Of a DNA stretch of 64,000 bases, positions 32,397 to 42,261 are shown piece after piece. The notes under the pieces are model-generated. The model searched no databases. It was not told where the DNA came from and saw nothing but the letters and a program-made list of their open reading frames with translations. Origin of the DNA: Gammaproteobacteria bacterium (GTDB taxonomy: Bacteria > Pseudomonadota > Gammaproteobacteria > UBA5335 > SLRW01); contig DASQZJ010000014.1 of the NCBI GenBank assembly GCA_035638775.1, positions 13,119 through 77,118 of the forward strand, written 5' to 3'. Made by a program: the position numbers and the translations under genes. How positions within the stretch are numbered: position 1 is the stretch's first letter; every line of letters starts with the position of its first letter.

Positions 32397-33701
32397 ATGA
32401 CTGACTCCACACACCTCACCGAAACCCCGATGGCCAGCTTCGGCCTCGCCGAGCCGCTGATGCGGGGCGTCCGGGACGCCGGCTTCGACCGGTGCACGCC
32501 CATCCAGGCCGAGACGCTGCCGCGCGCGTTGCGCGGCGAGAGCGTCGCCGGCCAGGCCCAGACCGGCACCGGCAAGACAGCCGCGTTCCTGCTGGCCACC
32601 ATGCACTACCTGCTCACCCATGAGCCCGATCCGGGCCGCAAGCCCAACCAGCCGCGGGCGATCATCCTGGCGCCGACCCGCGAGCTCGCGGTGCAGATCC
32701 ACAAGGACGCCCAGGTCCTGGGCCGCCATACCGGACTCACCCTGGGGCTCGCCTACGGCGGCACCGGCTACGAGTCCCAGCGCCGCGAGCTCGAGGCGGG
32801 CGTGGACATCCTCATCGGCACGCCCGGCCGGATCATCGACTACTTCAAGCAGAAGGTGTTCGACCTGCGCCAGATCCAGGTGGCGGTGCTCGACGAGGCC
32901 GACCGGATGTTCGACCTGGGGTTCATCAAGGACATCCGTTTCCTGCTGCGCCGCATGCCACCGGCGGAGAAGCGGCTGAACCTGCTGTTCTCGGCCACCC
33001 TGTCCTACCGGGTGATCGAGCTGGCCTTCGAGCACATGGACAATCCCTACGCGGTGCGCCTCGACACCGAACACGTCACCGCCGAACGCGTCCACCAGCG
33101 CCTCTACCACGTCGCCAGCGACGAGAAGATCCCGCTGCTGCTGGGCCTGCTGCGCGGCATGGAAGTGCACCGGATGCTGATCTTCGTCAACACCAAGCGC
33201 GCCGGCGACCGCCTGCTGGGCTACCTCAAGGGCAACGGCATCCAGGCCGAGGTCCTCTCGGGCGACGTGCCGCAGCGCAAGCGCCAGCAGTTGCTGGAGG
33301 ACTTTCGTGCCGGGCGGGTCGCGGTGCTGGTGGCCACCGACGTGGCCGCTCGCGGGCTGCATATCCCCGACGTCAGCCACGTGGTGAACTTCGATCTGCC
33401 GCAGGACGCGGAGGACTACGTCCACCGTATCGGGCGCACCGCACGCGCCGGCGCCGAGGGCGACGCGATCTCGCTGTGCTGTGAGCAATACTGCTACTCC
33501 CTGCCGGACATCGAGGCGTTCATCGGGGAGAAGATCCCCGCCGACACCGCCACCGGCGAGATGATGGTCACACCGGAGCCGCCGGTGCCGATCCGCCGCC
33601 ACGGCGGGCGCGGCAAGCCCTCCGGCAAGTCCGGCAACGGGCGAGGCCGGGGACGGCGCCGCCGTGGGGGCAACGGCGGGGAGCAGCGCAAGGTCGGCTG
33701 A
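32397..33701 (+). CDS. rhlB: ATP-dependent RNA helicase RhlB
   Basis: In-frame tail of ORF 31326..33701 starting MTDSTHLTETPMASFGL. Contains AQTGTGKT, VLDEADRMFD, SAT and HRIGRTARAG, plus an Arg/Gly-rich C-tail. Divergent from trxA as in E. coli. Confidence 0.9.
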   Translation: MTDSTHLTETPMASFGLAEPLMRGVRDAGFDRCTPIQAETLPRALRGESVAGQAQTGTGKTAAFLLATMHYLLTHEPDPGRKPNQPRAIILAPTRELAVQIHKDAQVLGRHTGLTLGLAYGGTGYESQRRELEAGVDILIGTPGRIIDYFKQKVFDLRQIQVAVLDEADRMFDLGFIKDIRFLLRRMPPAEKRLNLLFSATLSYRVIELAFEHMDNPYAVRLDTEHVTAERVHQRLYHVASDEKIPLLLGLLRGMEVHRMLIFVNTKRAGDRLLGYLKGNGIQAEVLSGDVPQRKRQQLLEDFRAGRVAVLVATDVAARGLHIPDVSHVVNFDLPQDAEDYVHRIGRTARAGAEGDAISLCCEQYCYSLPDIEAFIGEKIPADTATGEMMVTPEPPVPIRRHGGRGKPSGKSGNGRGRGRRRRGGNGGEQRKVG

Positions 33702-33711
33702 GACCCCGCCC

Positions 33712-34395
33712 TCAGGGCATGATGGCCGCGAGATCGTCCACGGCCGGTCGTCCCCCGGTATCGCGCGGTGCCGCACGGCTGTCCGGGCAGCGCACCGCCA
33801 CCGTCCAGGCGATGCCGTAACGGCGCGCGGCATCCAGCACCCGCAGGTTGTCGTCGAGCAGCAGGGTGCGTGCCGGGTCGAACGGCTCCGCGCGGCGCAG
33901 CGCGCGCCAGAAGGCATCGTCCTCCTTGGGCAGACCGTGGTCGTGGCTGCAGTACACGGCGTCCACGAGATCCGCCAGGCCGGTACGCTCGAGCTTGAGG
34001 GTCAGCGCGTCGCGATGGCAGTCGGTCACCAGCACCGACCGGCGTCCGCTGGCGCGGAGGGCCTCCAGGAAGCGCCGGGCGTGGGGCAGCATGCGGATGC
34101 CGTCCGCGATCTCACGCTTGAGGGCCACGAGGTCCAGTCCCAGGCGCGCCCGCCAGTAATCGAGGCAGTAGAAGTCGAGCGTGCCCGCCACGCGTGTGAT
34201 CATCGCCATCAGCTCGTCGCGGGCGGCGGCCGGCGCCATCCCGCGGGACTCGGCCCAGCGCTTCGGCAGGTGCTCGGTCCAGAAATGGTTGTCGAAATGC
34301 AGATCGAGGACGGTGCCGTCCATGTCCAGCAGCACCGTGTCGATGCGGGACCAGTCGGGCATCCACGGGAGACGGCCGGCGGTTTCGCGCTGCAT
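33712..34395 (-). CDS. yrfG: HAD-family GMP/IMP nucleotidase (YrfG-like)
   Basis: WSRIDTVLLDMDGTVLDLHFDNHFW...LDFYCLDYW...TLLLDDN parallels E. coli YrfG almost block for block. The start could also be MPDW at 34362. Confidence 0.8.
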   Translation of the reverse strand: MQRETAGRLPWMPDWSRIDTVLLDMDGTVLDLHFDNHFWTEHLPKRWAESRGMAPAAARDELMAMITRVAGTLDFYCLDYWRARLGLDLVALKREIADGIRMLPHARRFLEALRASGRRSVLVTDCHRDALTLKLERTGLADLVDAVYCSHDHGLPKEDDAFWRALRRAEPFDPARTLLLDDNLRVLDAARRYGIAWTVAVRCPDSRAAPRDTGGRPAVDDLAAIMP

Positions 34396-34432
34396 CCTGG
34401 AGTGTCGCCACCATAGAGAAGGATTCGAACGC

Positions 34433-35242
34433 ATGCAGGATACCAGATCGCTGATGCCGGAAGTGGTACGGATCGCGCGGCGGGCCGGAGAGCGAATCAT
34501 GGAGGTCTACCGCAGGCCGTTCACCGTCACCGACAAGGAAGACGATTCGCCGCTGACCGAGGCCGATCTCGCGGCGAATGAGATCATCCTCGAGGCGTTG
34601 GCGACGCTGACGCCGGACATCCCGGCGCTGTCGGAGGAATCCGGCGAGGTTCCATGGGCGACGCGCTCGGACTGGTCCAGCTACTGGCTGGTCGATCCGC
34701 TGGACGGCACGCGCGAGTTCGTCAACCGCAACGACGAGTTCACCGTCAACATCGCCCTGATCCGGGATCACCGCCCGGTCCTGGGAGTGGTGCAGGTGCC
34801 CCCCGGAGACCTGGTCTACTCGGGCGGCGACGGGCTGGGCGCATTCCGCCAGTGCGGCGCCGGCGACCCGGCACCGATCCGCGTCCGGCGCCTGACCGGC
34901 GGCCCGGTGGTGGCGGTCGCCAGCCGCAGCCACCGCAGCCCGGCGGTCGACGCGTATCTGGCGGCGCTCGGGAATTACGAAGTGACCAGCTGCGGCAGCT
35001 CGCTGAAGTTCTGCCGCATCGCCGAGGGCCGCGCCGACGTCTACCCGCGCCTGGGGCCGACCTGCGAGTGGGACACCGCCGCCGCCCAGGCAGTCGTGGA
35101 AGCGGCCGGCGGACGCGTGACCGACACGCGACTGCGCCCGCTGCGCTACAACCGCGGCGAAAGCCTGCTGAATCCACACTTCCTGGTGTTCGGGGATTCC
35201 GGCCGCGACTGGTCGGCGTACCTGCCCGCGGGAGAGGAGTGA
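34433..35242 (+). CDS. cysQ: 3'(2'),5'-bisphosphate nucleotidase
   Basis: In-frame tail of ORF 34181..35242 starting MQDTRSLMPEVVRIA (SD GAGAAGGA). Contains SPLTEADL, WLVDPLDGTREF and CEWDTAAAQAV motifs. Confidence 0.88.
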   Translation: MQDTRSLMPEVVRIARRAGERIMEVYRRPFTVTDKEDDSPLTEADLAANEIILEALATLTPDIPALSEESGEVPWATRSDWSSYWLVDPLDGTREFVNRNDEFTVNIALIRDHRPVLGVVQVPPGDLVYSGGDGLGAFRQCGAGDPAPIRVRRLTGGPVVAVASRSHRSPAVDAYLAALGNYEVTSCGSSLKFCRIAEGRADVYPRLGPTCEWDTAAAQAVVEAAGGRVTDTRLRPLRYNRGESLLNPHFLVFGDSGRDWSAYLPAGEE

Positions 35243-35248
35243 GGGTCC

Positions 35249-35791
35249 CTACCGCCCCAGGCCGGGAAAGCGCATCGAGATGTCGCTTCCGGTGAACACC
35301 GAGCCCGGACCCCCGTTGCGGGTGAACAGCCGGATCATGGTGAAGTCGGGGTGCTCGCCCATATCGAACCAGTGCGGCATGCGCGCCGGCACGGTGATCA
35401 GGTCGCCCGCCACGCAGTGCACACTGTAAATGTCCCCGTCGTGATTCAGATAGAAGGTGGCCTCGCCCTCGGCCAGGAAGCGCACCTCGTCCTCCTGGTG
35501 CACGTGCTCGTGCAGGTACCGCAGACGCGCGGTCTCGCGGTTGGGGTCCGAGGGTGCCATGCGCACCACGTCCACCGACTGGAAGCCGTAGCTCTGCATC
35601 AGCCGGTCGATCTCCTCGCGGTAGGCCTCGATGATCTCGTCCTGCTCGGCATCGGCGGGGAGCGTCCGATGCGGCTTCCAGCGCTCGTAAACCACCCCGA
35701 TCCGCCCCAGCGCCTCGCGGATGGAGGCGGCGCGGGTCTCGGCCAGGACGGGCTCGCCCTGCCCGTTGCGATAGATCTTCAACTCACTCAT
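35249..35791 (-). CDS. mtnD: acireductone dioxygenase (ARD cupin)
   Basis: ORF 35249..35878, start moved to MSELKIY. Contains YLHEHVHQEDEVRFLAEGEATFYL and PARMPHWF metal-binding cupin motifs. Confidence 0.85.
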   Translation of the reverse strand: MSELKIYRNGQGEPVLAETRAASIREALGRIGVVYERWKPHRTLPADAEQDEIIEAYREEIDRLMQSYGFQSVDVVRMAPSDPNRETARLRYLHEHVHQEDEVRFLAEGEATFYLNHDGDIYSVHCVAGDLITVPARMPHWFDMGEHPDFTMIRLFTRNGGPGSVFTGSDISMRFPGLGR

Positions 35792-36052
35792 GGTCCCGAT
35801 GAGCGTGTACCGTCTCCGACTCGGCCCCTGTGGGCCACTCCGGCGAGGCCGCCGGCGCGCCGCGGGGGCAGGGGTCACTGCGCCGCCGACGGGGCTCGCG
35901 GGCCGCCGTTCGACGGAAGGCGCGAACGGCCCGAGGCCGTCGTCAGCGCGCTCCGAGGGCGCGTAATGTACGCGAAGGGACGGTACAATTCAAAAAGCGG
36001 CCCCGGCCGGCGACGAAAGCCGCTTACCGGCGCGCTGCGCCGGGACCGCCGC

Positions 36053-36397
36053 CTACTCGCCGTTCGCGATCTGCGCGATCTCGTCCAGCGCCAGGTCCAG
36101 CTCGCGGGCGATCGACTCGACGCGCTTCCGGGGCCCGACGACCCGTCCGTCGCGCGCCGCCCGCTCGAGGTCGGCGGCGAGCCGGGACACCCGGCGCACC
36201 CCCAGGTTGGCACTGGCGGACTTCAGGTCGTGGGCCCAGCGCGCCAGGCGTCCGGCATCCGCCGCGGCAGCGGCTGCCTGCAACTCCTCCAGCAGCTTGC
36301 TCGCGTCCCGGCGATAGACTGCGACCAGCCGCCCGAGCAGGCCGATGCTGCGCAGGGAGGTGATCACCTCCGGGTCGATGACCGGCTCGTCTTCCAT
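36053..36397 (-). CDS. histidine phosphotransfer (Hpt) domain protein
   Basis: ORF 36053..36535, start moved to MEDEPVIDPEV. Hpt signature WAHDLKSASANLG (HxLKxxSxxxG). Confidence 0.7.
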   Translation of the reverse strand: MEDEPVIDPEVITSLRSIGLLGRLVAVYRRDASKLLEELQAAAAAADAGRLARWAHDLKSASANLGVRRVSRLAADLERAARDGRVVGPRKRVESIARELDLALDEIAQIANGE

Positions 36398-36674
36398 GGC
36401 CCCCACACCGTTCCGCCGTACCGCAACGCGCTGATCCGCTCCCCCTGCCGCCCGGCCGGGCACAGGGGCATCATCCCCACCAGTATGAGAAGCGCGGCTG
36501 CCGGAGTACAGGCCCCGCTCCGGCCGTGAGGGCAAGCCCGCGAGGGCCCATGATTTGCTTGCACACTGGCGAGGGGGGGCCGGGACTGGCAGAATCGCGT
36601 ATACTTTTACGATCCGCCCGGAGCGGGGCGGTCATCGTATGCACCGCTGAAGCGACCCGAATACGGAATACATC

Positions 36675-37301
36675 GTGGCAGCAGCAAGGAAACCCGGCCC
36701 GCGGCGCGCATCGGGCACGACGCGCGCCCTGATCCTCGACGAAGCGGAAAAGCTGATCACGCAGCAGGGCATGGAGGAGTTCCGGCTCCAGGACCTGGCG
36801 GCGCGCGTCGGAATCCGGCCACCTTCCATCTTCGCCCACTACCAGGGACGCAAGGCCATCACGGAGGCCGTCTCGCGGCGGGTGGTGGACGGCATCTTTG
36901 CGGCGCTGCGGGTGGAGGCGGACCGGGATCCGGCCGAGGCGGTACAGACCATGATGGCGGGGCTCGTCGATCACCTGGCGCACAATCCCGTCCGCGTGCG
37001 CCTGCTGATGCGCGAGCTCGCGCAGAGCGGCGCGGGGGTGGAGCTGTCCCAGTCCCAGCCGCTTTGCGATGCGGTCACCGCTCAGCTCGAGACGCTGCTG
37101 CAGCGCGGCGTCGACGCGGGCGAGTTCCGCCCGATACCCGTGCACAGCTTCATGGCACAGATCTTCGGCGCGATCCTGGTCAACCTGTCCTGGTTCCGGA
37201 TCTGCAAATGGGACCAGCCGGTTCCGGAGGGGCAGGTCAGGGAAGTCAGGCGCGAGACCCTCGACCTGGTGATGCGCTACCTCTCGCCCCGCCTCCCCTG
37301 A
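36675..37301 (+). CDS. TetR-family transcriptional regulator
   Basis: 208 aa. N-terminal HTH RALILDEAEKLITQQGMEEFRLQDLAARVGIRPPSIFAHY. Confidence 0.85.
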   Translation: MAAARKPGPRRASGTTRALILDEAEKLITQQGMEEFRLQDLAARVGIRPPSIFAHYQGRKAITEAVSRRVVDGIFAALRVEADRDPAEAVQTMMAGLVDHLAHNPVRVRLLMRELAQSGAGVELSQSQPLCDAVTAQLETLLQRGVDAGEFRPIPVHSFMAQIFGAILVNLSWFRICKWDQPVPEGQVREVRRETLDLVMRYLSPRLP

Positions 37302-37326
37302 GCGTCGCAGACCCGGCGCGGATGCC

Positions 37327-38073
37327 GTGAAACGCGCGGTCGCCATTCGCCACGTGCCGTTCGAGGACCTGGGCACCTGGGCGACCGTTCTCGCCGGACG
37401 CGGCTTTCAGCTTCGCTACCATGACGCGGGCCCGACCGGGCTCGCGCGCCTCGATCCGCTGGAACCGGACCTGCTGGTCGTGCTGGGCGGGCCGGTCGGC
37501 GCGGGGGACGATGCCGACTATCCCTTCCTGGCCACCGAACGCGAGGCGCTCCGGCGCCGGCTGGAGGCGGACCGTCCGACCCTGGGCATCTGCCTGGGCG
37601 CCCAGCTGATGGCCTCGGCGCTCGGTGCCCGCGTGTACCCGGCGGCACGCCCGGAAATCGGCTGGGGCCCGGTGAAGCTCACCGCCGCCGGCCGCGAGAG
37701 CTGCCTGGCGGGCCTCGGGGAGCCGCCCGTTCCGGTACTGCACTGGCACGGCGATACCTTCGACCTGCCCGCCCGGTCAACCCTGCTGGCCTCCACCGAC
37801 GCCTGCGCCAACCAGGCCTTCCGCCACGGGCGGCGCGGCCTTGCCCTCCAGTTCCATGCGGAGGTCGCCGCCGCGGGGCTGGAGCATTGGTACATCGGTC
37901 ACGCGCGCGAGATCCGGACCGATCCGGCGCTCAGCGTGGCGGACCTGCGCGAGGCCGGCCGGCGCCACGCGCCGGACCTGGCGGGACCCGCCCGGCGGGT
38001 CCTGGAATGCTGGCTGGAGGAGACCGGACTGGTGCCGCCGCCGGCGCCGAAGACGCCGGATCATCCCGGCTGA
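37327..38073 (+). CDS. class I glutamine amidotransferase-like protein
   Basis: 248 aa. Nucleophile elbow TLGICLGAQLMA plus LHWHGDTF and LQFHAE blocks. Starts 25 bp after the TetR gene. Confidence 0.85.
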   Translation: MKRAVAIRHVPFEDLGTWATVLAGRGFQLRYHDAGPTGLARLDPLEPDLLVVLGGPVGAGDDADYPFLATEREALRRRLEADRPTLGICLGAQLMASALGARVYPAARPEIGWGPVKLTAAGRESCLAGLGEPPVPVLHWHGDTFDLPARSTLLASTDACANQAFRHGRRGLALQFHAEVAAAGLEHWYIGHAREIRTDPALSVADLREAGRRHAPDLAGPARRVLECWLEETGLVPPPAPKTPDHPG

Positions 38074-38272
38074 CGCGGGCACGTTTCCTTGCGCCTCTCC
38101 GCGCGGACCTTCCCCGATCCATCGGGCCACCGCCGCTGACGCTCCGGCGTCCGGATGCGCCCCCCGGGGAATCCGTCTCCGGGCCGAGCGGGGACAGGGC
38201 CCGCGGTCCGGCTGCCGGAACACCCCGGGCCGGCGCCTGTCGAAGACTGCGGACTCCGCACGGGACAATGCC

Positions 38273-38755
38273 ATGCACCAGAGGCTTACCCTCGCCGGCA
38301 CCGTCGTCACGCTGCTGGCACTTGTCGCCGCACCGGCCGCCAGCGCCGGCCCGGCGGTGTTCGTGCAGCGGGTCTCGAGCCGCGACTTCCACCACACCGT
38401 CGCCTCCCTCGAACGCGCGGCCGGCAGTCATGGAATGCGGATCGCGGGCTGGCTCGACCAGGGACAGGCCCTCTCCATCGCCGGCACGCGCCTGAAGGGC
38501 GGCGCCCGGGTGGGAGCCGCACGCGGCTTCCTCATCCAGGCGCCCAAGCTCGATCGCAAGCTGATGCTGCTCAATCCGGCGACCGGCGCGGTGGTGCCGG
38601 TCCGGGTCTTCGTCTGGAAGCTGGGACGTCATACCTACGTCGGATACTACCGGCCGACGGCGCTGCTCGCCGGGATCAGCCCCCACCTGGTGCCGGCGGC
38701 GCGGGCACTGGACCGGCGAATCCGGGCGCTCGTGCAGGCCGCGACCGGCGGTTGA
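38273..38755 (+). CDS. DUF302-like exported protein
   Basis: In-frame tail of ORF 37841..38755 starting MHQRLTLAGTVVTLLALVAAPAASA (signal peptide). The size and pattern resemble DUF302 proteins. This assignment is by recollection only. Confidence 0.65.
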   Translation: MHQRLTLAGTVVTLLALVAAPAASAGPAVFVQRVSSRDFHHTVASLERAAGSHGMRIAGWLDQGQALSIAGTRLKGGARVGAARGFLIQAPKLDRKLMLLNPATGAVVPVRVFVWKLGRHTYVGYYRPTALLAGISPHLVPAARALDRRIRALVQAATGG

Positions 38756-38783
38756 CCTGCGGCGCGGGCCCGCGTGCCCGCGG

Positions 38784-39416
38784 CTAGAACCTCTCGTGCA
38801 GCCCGATCATGAAACCATGCGGGAGCACGCCCAGCAGAAAGGGCATCTTCCGGTTGTGCGCCAGGTAGCCGGTGAACGTGCCCAGGGCGAAACCGGCCAG
38901 CACGTCCGTCTGCCAGTGGCCCCAGGTCTTCATGCGCGCCTCGGCGTCGTAGGCGGGCAACAGCTCCAGCTCCCAGATCCAGGGATGCTGCCGGTGGTAC
39001 TCGAGAATGAAGGGCGTGACGATGGAGGTCACCCCGGCGACCTCGCCGCTGGGAAAGCTCAGGTTGTTGCAGCAGCCCTGGAACCACCTGTTCGGATCCG
39101 GGTTTCGCTCCTGTTCCGGTCGCGTGCGCTGGAACACCCTCTTGAGAACGAAGGTCGAGCCGGCCGCGAGCGCCGAGGAATCGACTGCCTGCCAGAACGT
39201 GCGTCCCAGGCGACTCTTGCCGCCGAGCCACAGCGCACCGCCCAGTTCGCCCGCGACCATGGCGTAGATCAGGTCGTGCTGGTAGCTCCGCTTGTAGATG
39301 CCGCTGTTGTCGTAGGACAGCCGGTAGTCGATTCCCAGCGGCCCCCCCGCGGCCAGCGCCACGCCCGTGAACGCGCAGAACAGACACAGGGCCGGGACCA
39401 GCTTCCGCTTCCACAT
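38784..39416 (-). CDS. PAP2-family phosphatase (variant motif)
   Basis: ORF 38784..39458, start moved to MWKRKLVPALCLFCAFTGVALA (SD GGAGGGGG). Motifs KRVFQRTRP (KX6RP), FPSGE (PSGH with H replaced by E) and ARMKTWGHWQTD (RX5HX3D). Confidence 0.75.
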   Translation of the reverse strand: MWKRKLVPALCLFCAFTGVALAAGGPLGIDYRLSYDNSGIYKRSYQHDLIYAMVAGELGGALWLGGKSRLGRTFWQAVDSSALAAGSTFVLKRVFQRTRPEQERNPDPNRWFQGCCNNLSFPSGEVAGVTSIVTPFILEYHRQHPWIWELELLPAYDAEARMKTWGHWQTDVLAGFALGTFTGYLAHNRKMPFLLGVLPHGFMIGLHERF

Positions 39417-39641
39417 GATTCCCCCTCCTGGTGGCCGGGCACTGCGTCTTCGGCGCACGCCGCGCCCGGGGTAGAATGACCGGTACGGGCCTGCCGGCGC
39501 AGCTCGGGAACGGGAACGCCTGCCGGATGGACGAGGGTCTTCGGCCGGGCCGGGCAGTGCTTACCCGTTCGAGTACGCCCCGGGCGATTCGTTCCCGTGG
39601 CCGCCGGCGGGCCGGCCCGTCGACCGCAGAGAGGTTCCCGC

Positions 39642-40526
39642 ATGAAACTGGCCACGTTCACTCACCTCGAGCACACCCGGATCGGGATCGTGCGTGACGA
39701 TTCGGTGATCGACCTGGGCGCGGTCGCGCCCGGGCTTCCGACGGACATGCAGGCGCTGCTCGCGGCCGGCCCCGAGGCGCTCGAGCACGCCGTCCGCATG
39801 GCCGACCGTGTCTCCGACCGGGAAACGCTGCCCCTTTCCGAGGTGCGCCTGCGCGCGCCGGTGCCCGTGCCCGGCAAGGTGCTCGCCATCGGGCTGAACT
39901 ACCTTGACCACGTGCGCGAGTTCGGCCGCGAGCCGCCCGAGCACCAGATCTGGTTCAACAAGCAGCACAACGCCGTCAACGGGCCGTTCGACCCGATCAA
40001 CCGGCCGGCCGTCTCGGACGCGCTGGACTATGAGGGCGAGCTCTGCTTCGTGATCGGGCGGCGCTGCAAGCACGTGCCCCCGGAGCGGGCGCACGAGGTC
40101 ATCGCCGGCTACTGCGCCGGCAACGACGTCAGCGTTCGTGACTGGCAGATGCGCACCCCGACCATGGTCATGGGCAAGTCCTTCGACACGCATGCCCCCC
40201 TGGGGCCGTACCTGGTCACGGCGGACGAGATCGATGATCCGCAGGAGCTGATGATCCGGACCTGGGTCAACGGCGAGCTGCGCCAGGAGTGCAGCACCGG
40301 GGAGATGGCATTCGGCTGCCGTGAGCAGATTGCGCACCTGACCCAGGCATTCACGCTGGACCCCGGCGACGTCATCTTCACCGGCACCCCGAAGGGCGTG
40401 GGCGCGGGCTTCGATCCCCCCCGCTATCTCACCGTCGGCGACCGCGTGCGCGTGCAGGTCGAGGGTGTCGGCACGATCGAGAACGAGGTCGTGGCCGAGC
40501 ACGCCGAGACGGTTATCGGGCCATAG
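39642..40526 (+). CDS. fumarylacetoacetate hydrolase (FAH) family protein
   Basis: ORF 39597..40526, start moved to MKLATFTH. Contains GLNYLDH, LDYEGELCFVIG, MGKSFDT and GDVIFTGTPKGVG motifs. Confidence 0.88.
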   Translation: MKLATFTHLEHTRIGIVRDDSVIDLGAVAPGLPTDMQALLAAGPEALEHAVRMADRVSDRETLPLSEVRLRAPVPVPGKVLAIGLNYLDHVREFGREPPEHQIWFNKQHNAVNGPFDPINRPAVSDALDYEGELCFVIGRRCKHVPPERAHEVIAGYCAGNDVSVRDWQMRTPTMVMGKSFDTHAPLGPYLVTADEIDDPQELMIRTWVNGELRQECSTGEMAFGCREQIAHLTQAFTLDPGDVIFTGTPKGVGAGFDPPRYLTVGDRVRVQVEGVGTIENEVVAEHAETVIGP

Positions 40527-40553
40527 CCGCGCGCCCGCCCGTACCGATCGCCG

Positions 40554-41219
40554 ATGCGCACCGCACTGGACCCCGGCCGCCTCCGCACCCTGTACGACCG
40601 GCTCGCCGCGCACTACGACATCGAGCATGCCCTGCTGACAGGGCATTCGGACCAGCGCGCACGTCGCCTGCTGGTGCGCGAGGCGGTTTCTGCCGGGGAC
40701 CGCGTGCTCGACGCCGGGGCCGGCACGGGCTCGACCGCACTGCTCGCAGCCCGCCGGACGGGCGCGGACGGTCGGTTGACGCTGCTGGATGCCAGCCCCG
40801 GGATGCTCGCAGTGGCGCGACGGCGGATCGACTCTGCCGGGCTGGGCGAGCGCTGCGTCACCGGTGTCGGGGACCTGCTGGCGATGCCGTTCCCGGACGC
40901 TTGCTTCGACGTGGCGCTGTCGACGTTCAGCCTGTGCCCCGTGTATGACCCGGCCGCAGGGGCACGGGAGCTCTGGCGGGTTGTCAGGCCCGGCGGGCGC
41001 CTGGGCATCGCGCACTCGATCGATCCTCCGGGCGCCGTGCGGCGCTGGCTGGGTACCCGCATCGAGGCGCTCGTCTGGCACCTGCCGGCGATCTCCATGG
41101 GCTGCCGCGCGGTCGAGGTCGCACCCGCCCTCGAGGCGCTCGGCGCCCGGATCCTGCTGGACCGGACCGTCGGTGTGCCACTGTGGCCCTTCCGGGTCCT
41201 GGTACTGGAACGCCGCTGA
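40554..41219 (+). CDS. class I SAM-dependent methyltransferase
   Basis: 221 aa. VLDAGAGTGSTALLAA motif I and FDVALSTFSL. Confidence 0.8.
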   Translation: MRTALDPGRLRTLYDRLAAHYDIEHALLTGHSDQRARRLLVREAVSAGDRVLDAGAGTGSTALLAARRTGADGRLTLLDASPGMLAVARRRIDSAGLGERCVTGVGDLLAMPFPDACFDVALSTFSLCPVYDPAAGARELWRVVRPGGRLGIAHSIDPPGAVRRWLGTRIEALVWHLPAISMGCRAVEVAPALEALGARILLDRTVGVPLWPFRVLVLERR

Positions 41220-41243
41220 CTGCCGGGCGCCGCTCGTGGCAGC

Positions 41244-42071
41244 ATGGACTCACCGGTTCAGCGCCAGGGAGCATGCGTGGAAGAGTCTGCACGGTTGTCC
41301 AAACCCGAGCGCGAGGCCGTCGAGCGGGCGGCCGCGCTGATCCGCGACGCGGACAGGACCGTCGCGCTGGTTGGGGCGGGACTGTCGGTCGAGAGCGGCA
41401 TCCCGCCCTTTCGCGGCCCGAACGGCCTGTGGACCCGCTACGGCGAGCCCTCCATGAACGGCTACATGGAGTTCCTGCGTGACCCGGCCGGCTGGTGGCG
41501 CGAGCTGCTCGAGCCGAGCGGGCCGCGCGCCGAGCTGCTGACCGCGCTCCGGAGCGCCGAGCCCAACGCCGGGCACCACGCCCTGGTGCGGATGGAACGG
41601 GCGGGCGAGCTGCACTGCACCATCACCCAGAACATCGACAACCTCCACGCGCGGGCCGGAAGCCGGCAGCTGGTGGAGATCCACGGCAACGCCACGCTGC
41701 TGCGCTGCGTTCAGTGTCGCAGCCGCTACCCGCGGGACGGGTTCCCGGTCGATGTCCGCGCGCTGCCGCCGGGCTGCCCGGAGTGCGCCGGACTGCTCAA
41801 GAGCGACACCGTGATGTTCGGCGAGCCCATCCCCGGGGACGTCAGCCTGGCCTGCGAACGGGCCCTGGAAAGCTGCGACTGCATGCTCCTGGTGGGCACC
41901 TCCGCCAGCGTCTACCCGGCCGCCGGCCTGGCCTGGAGCGTGCTGGAGCGCGGCGGCAGCCTGGTCGAGGTCAATCCGGAGGAGACGGAAGCATCGGACC
42001 ACTGCCGGGTGTCCATCCGTGCCCGGTCCAGCGAGGTGCTGCCGCTGCTCGCCAGGCGGCTCGAGTGCTGA
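41244..42071 (+). CDS. cobB: NAD-dependent protein deacylase (Sir2/CobB family)
   Basis: 275 aa. GAGLSVESGIPPFRG, TQNIDNLH and the zinc ribbon CVQC...CPEC. Confidence 0.88.
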   Translation: MDSPVQRQGACVEESARLSKPEREAVERAAALIRDADRTVALVGAGLSVESGIPPFRGPNGLWTRYGEPSMNGYMEFLRDPAGWWRELLEPSGPRAELLTALRSAEPNAGHHALVRMERAGELHCTITQNIDNLHARAGSRQLVEIHGNATLLRCVQCRSRYPRDGFPVDVRALPPGCPECAGLLKSDTVMFGEPIPGDVSLACERALESCDCMLLVGTSASVYPAAGLAWSVLERGGSLVEVNPEETEASDHCRVSIRARSSEVLPLLARRLEC

Positions 42072-42261
42072 AGGGCGCTCGACTTGCACCCGCGCAGCGA
42101 TTATCATGAGCCATCTTGCCTGCCGGTTTTTCCGCCCGCCGACCCGGACCGGCCCCGACGCAAGCGTCCCGGCCTCGCGGCGGACGGCGCCGTGCAACCG
42201 GCAGAGGTTCCCGCGTTGCCGACCAGTGGCCGCCCGACCCGGGCGGTCGGGGGGACGAAAC

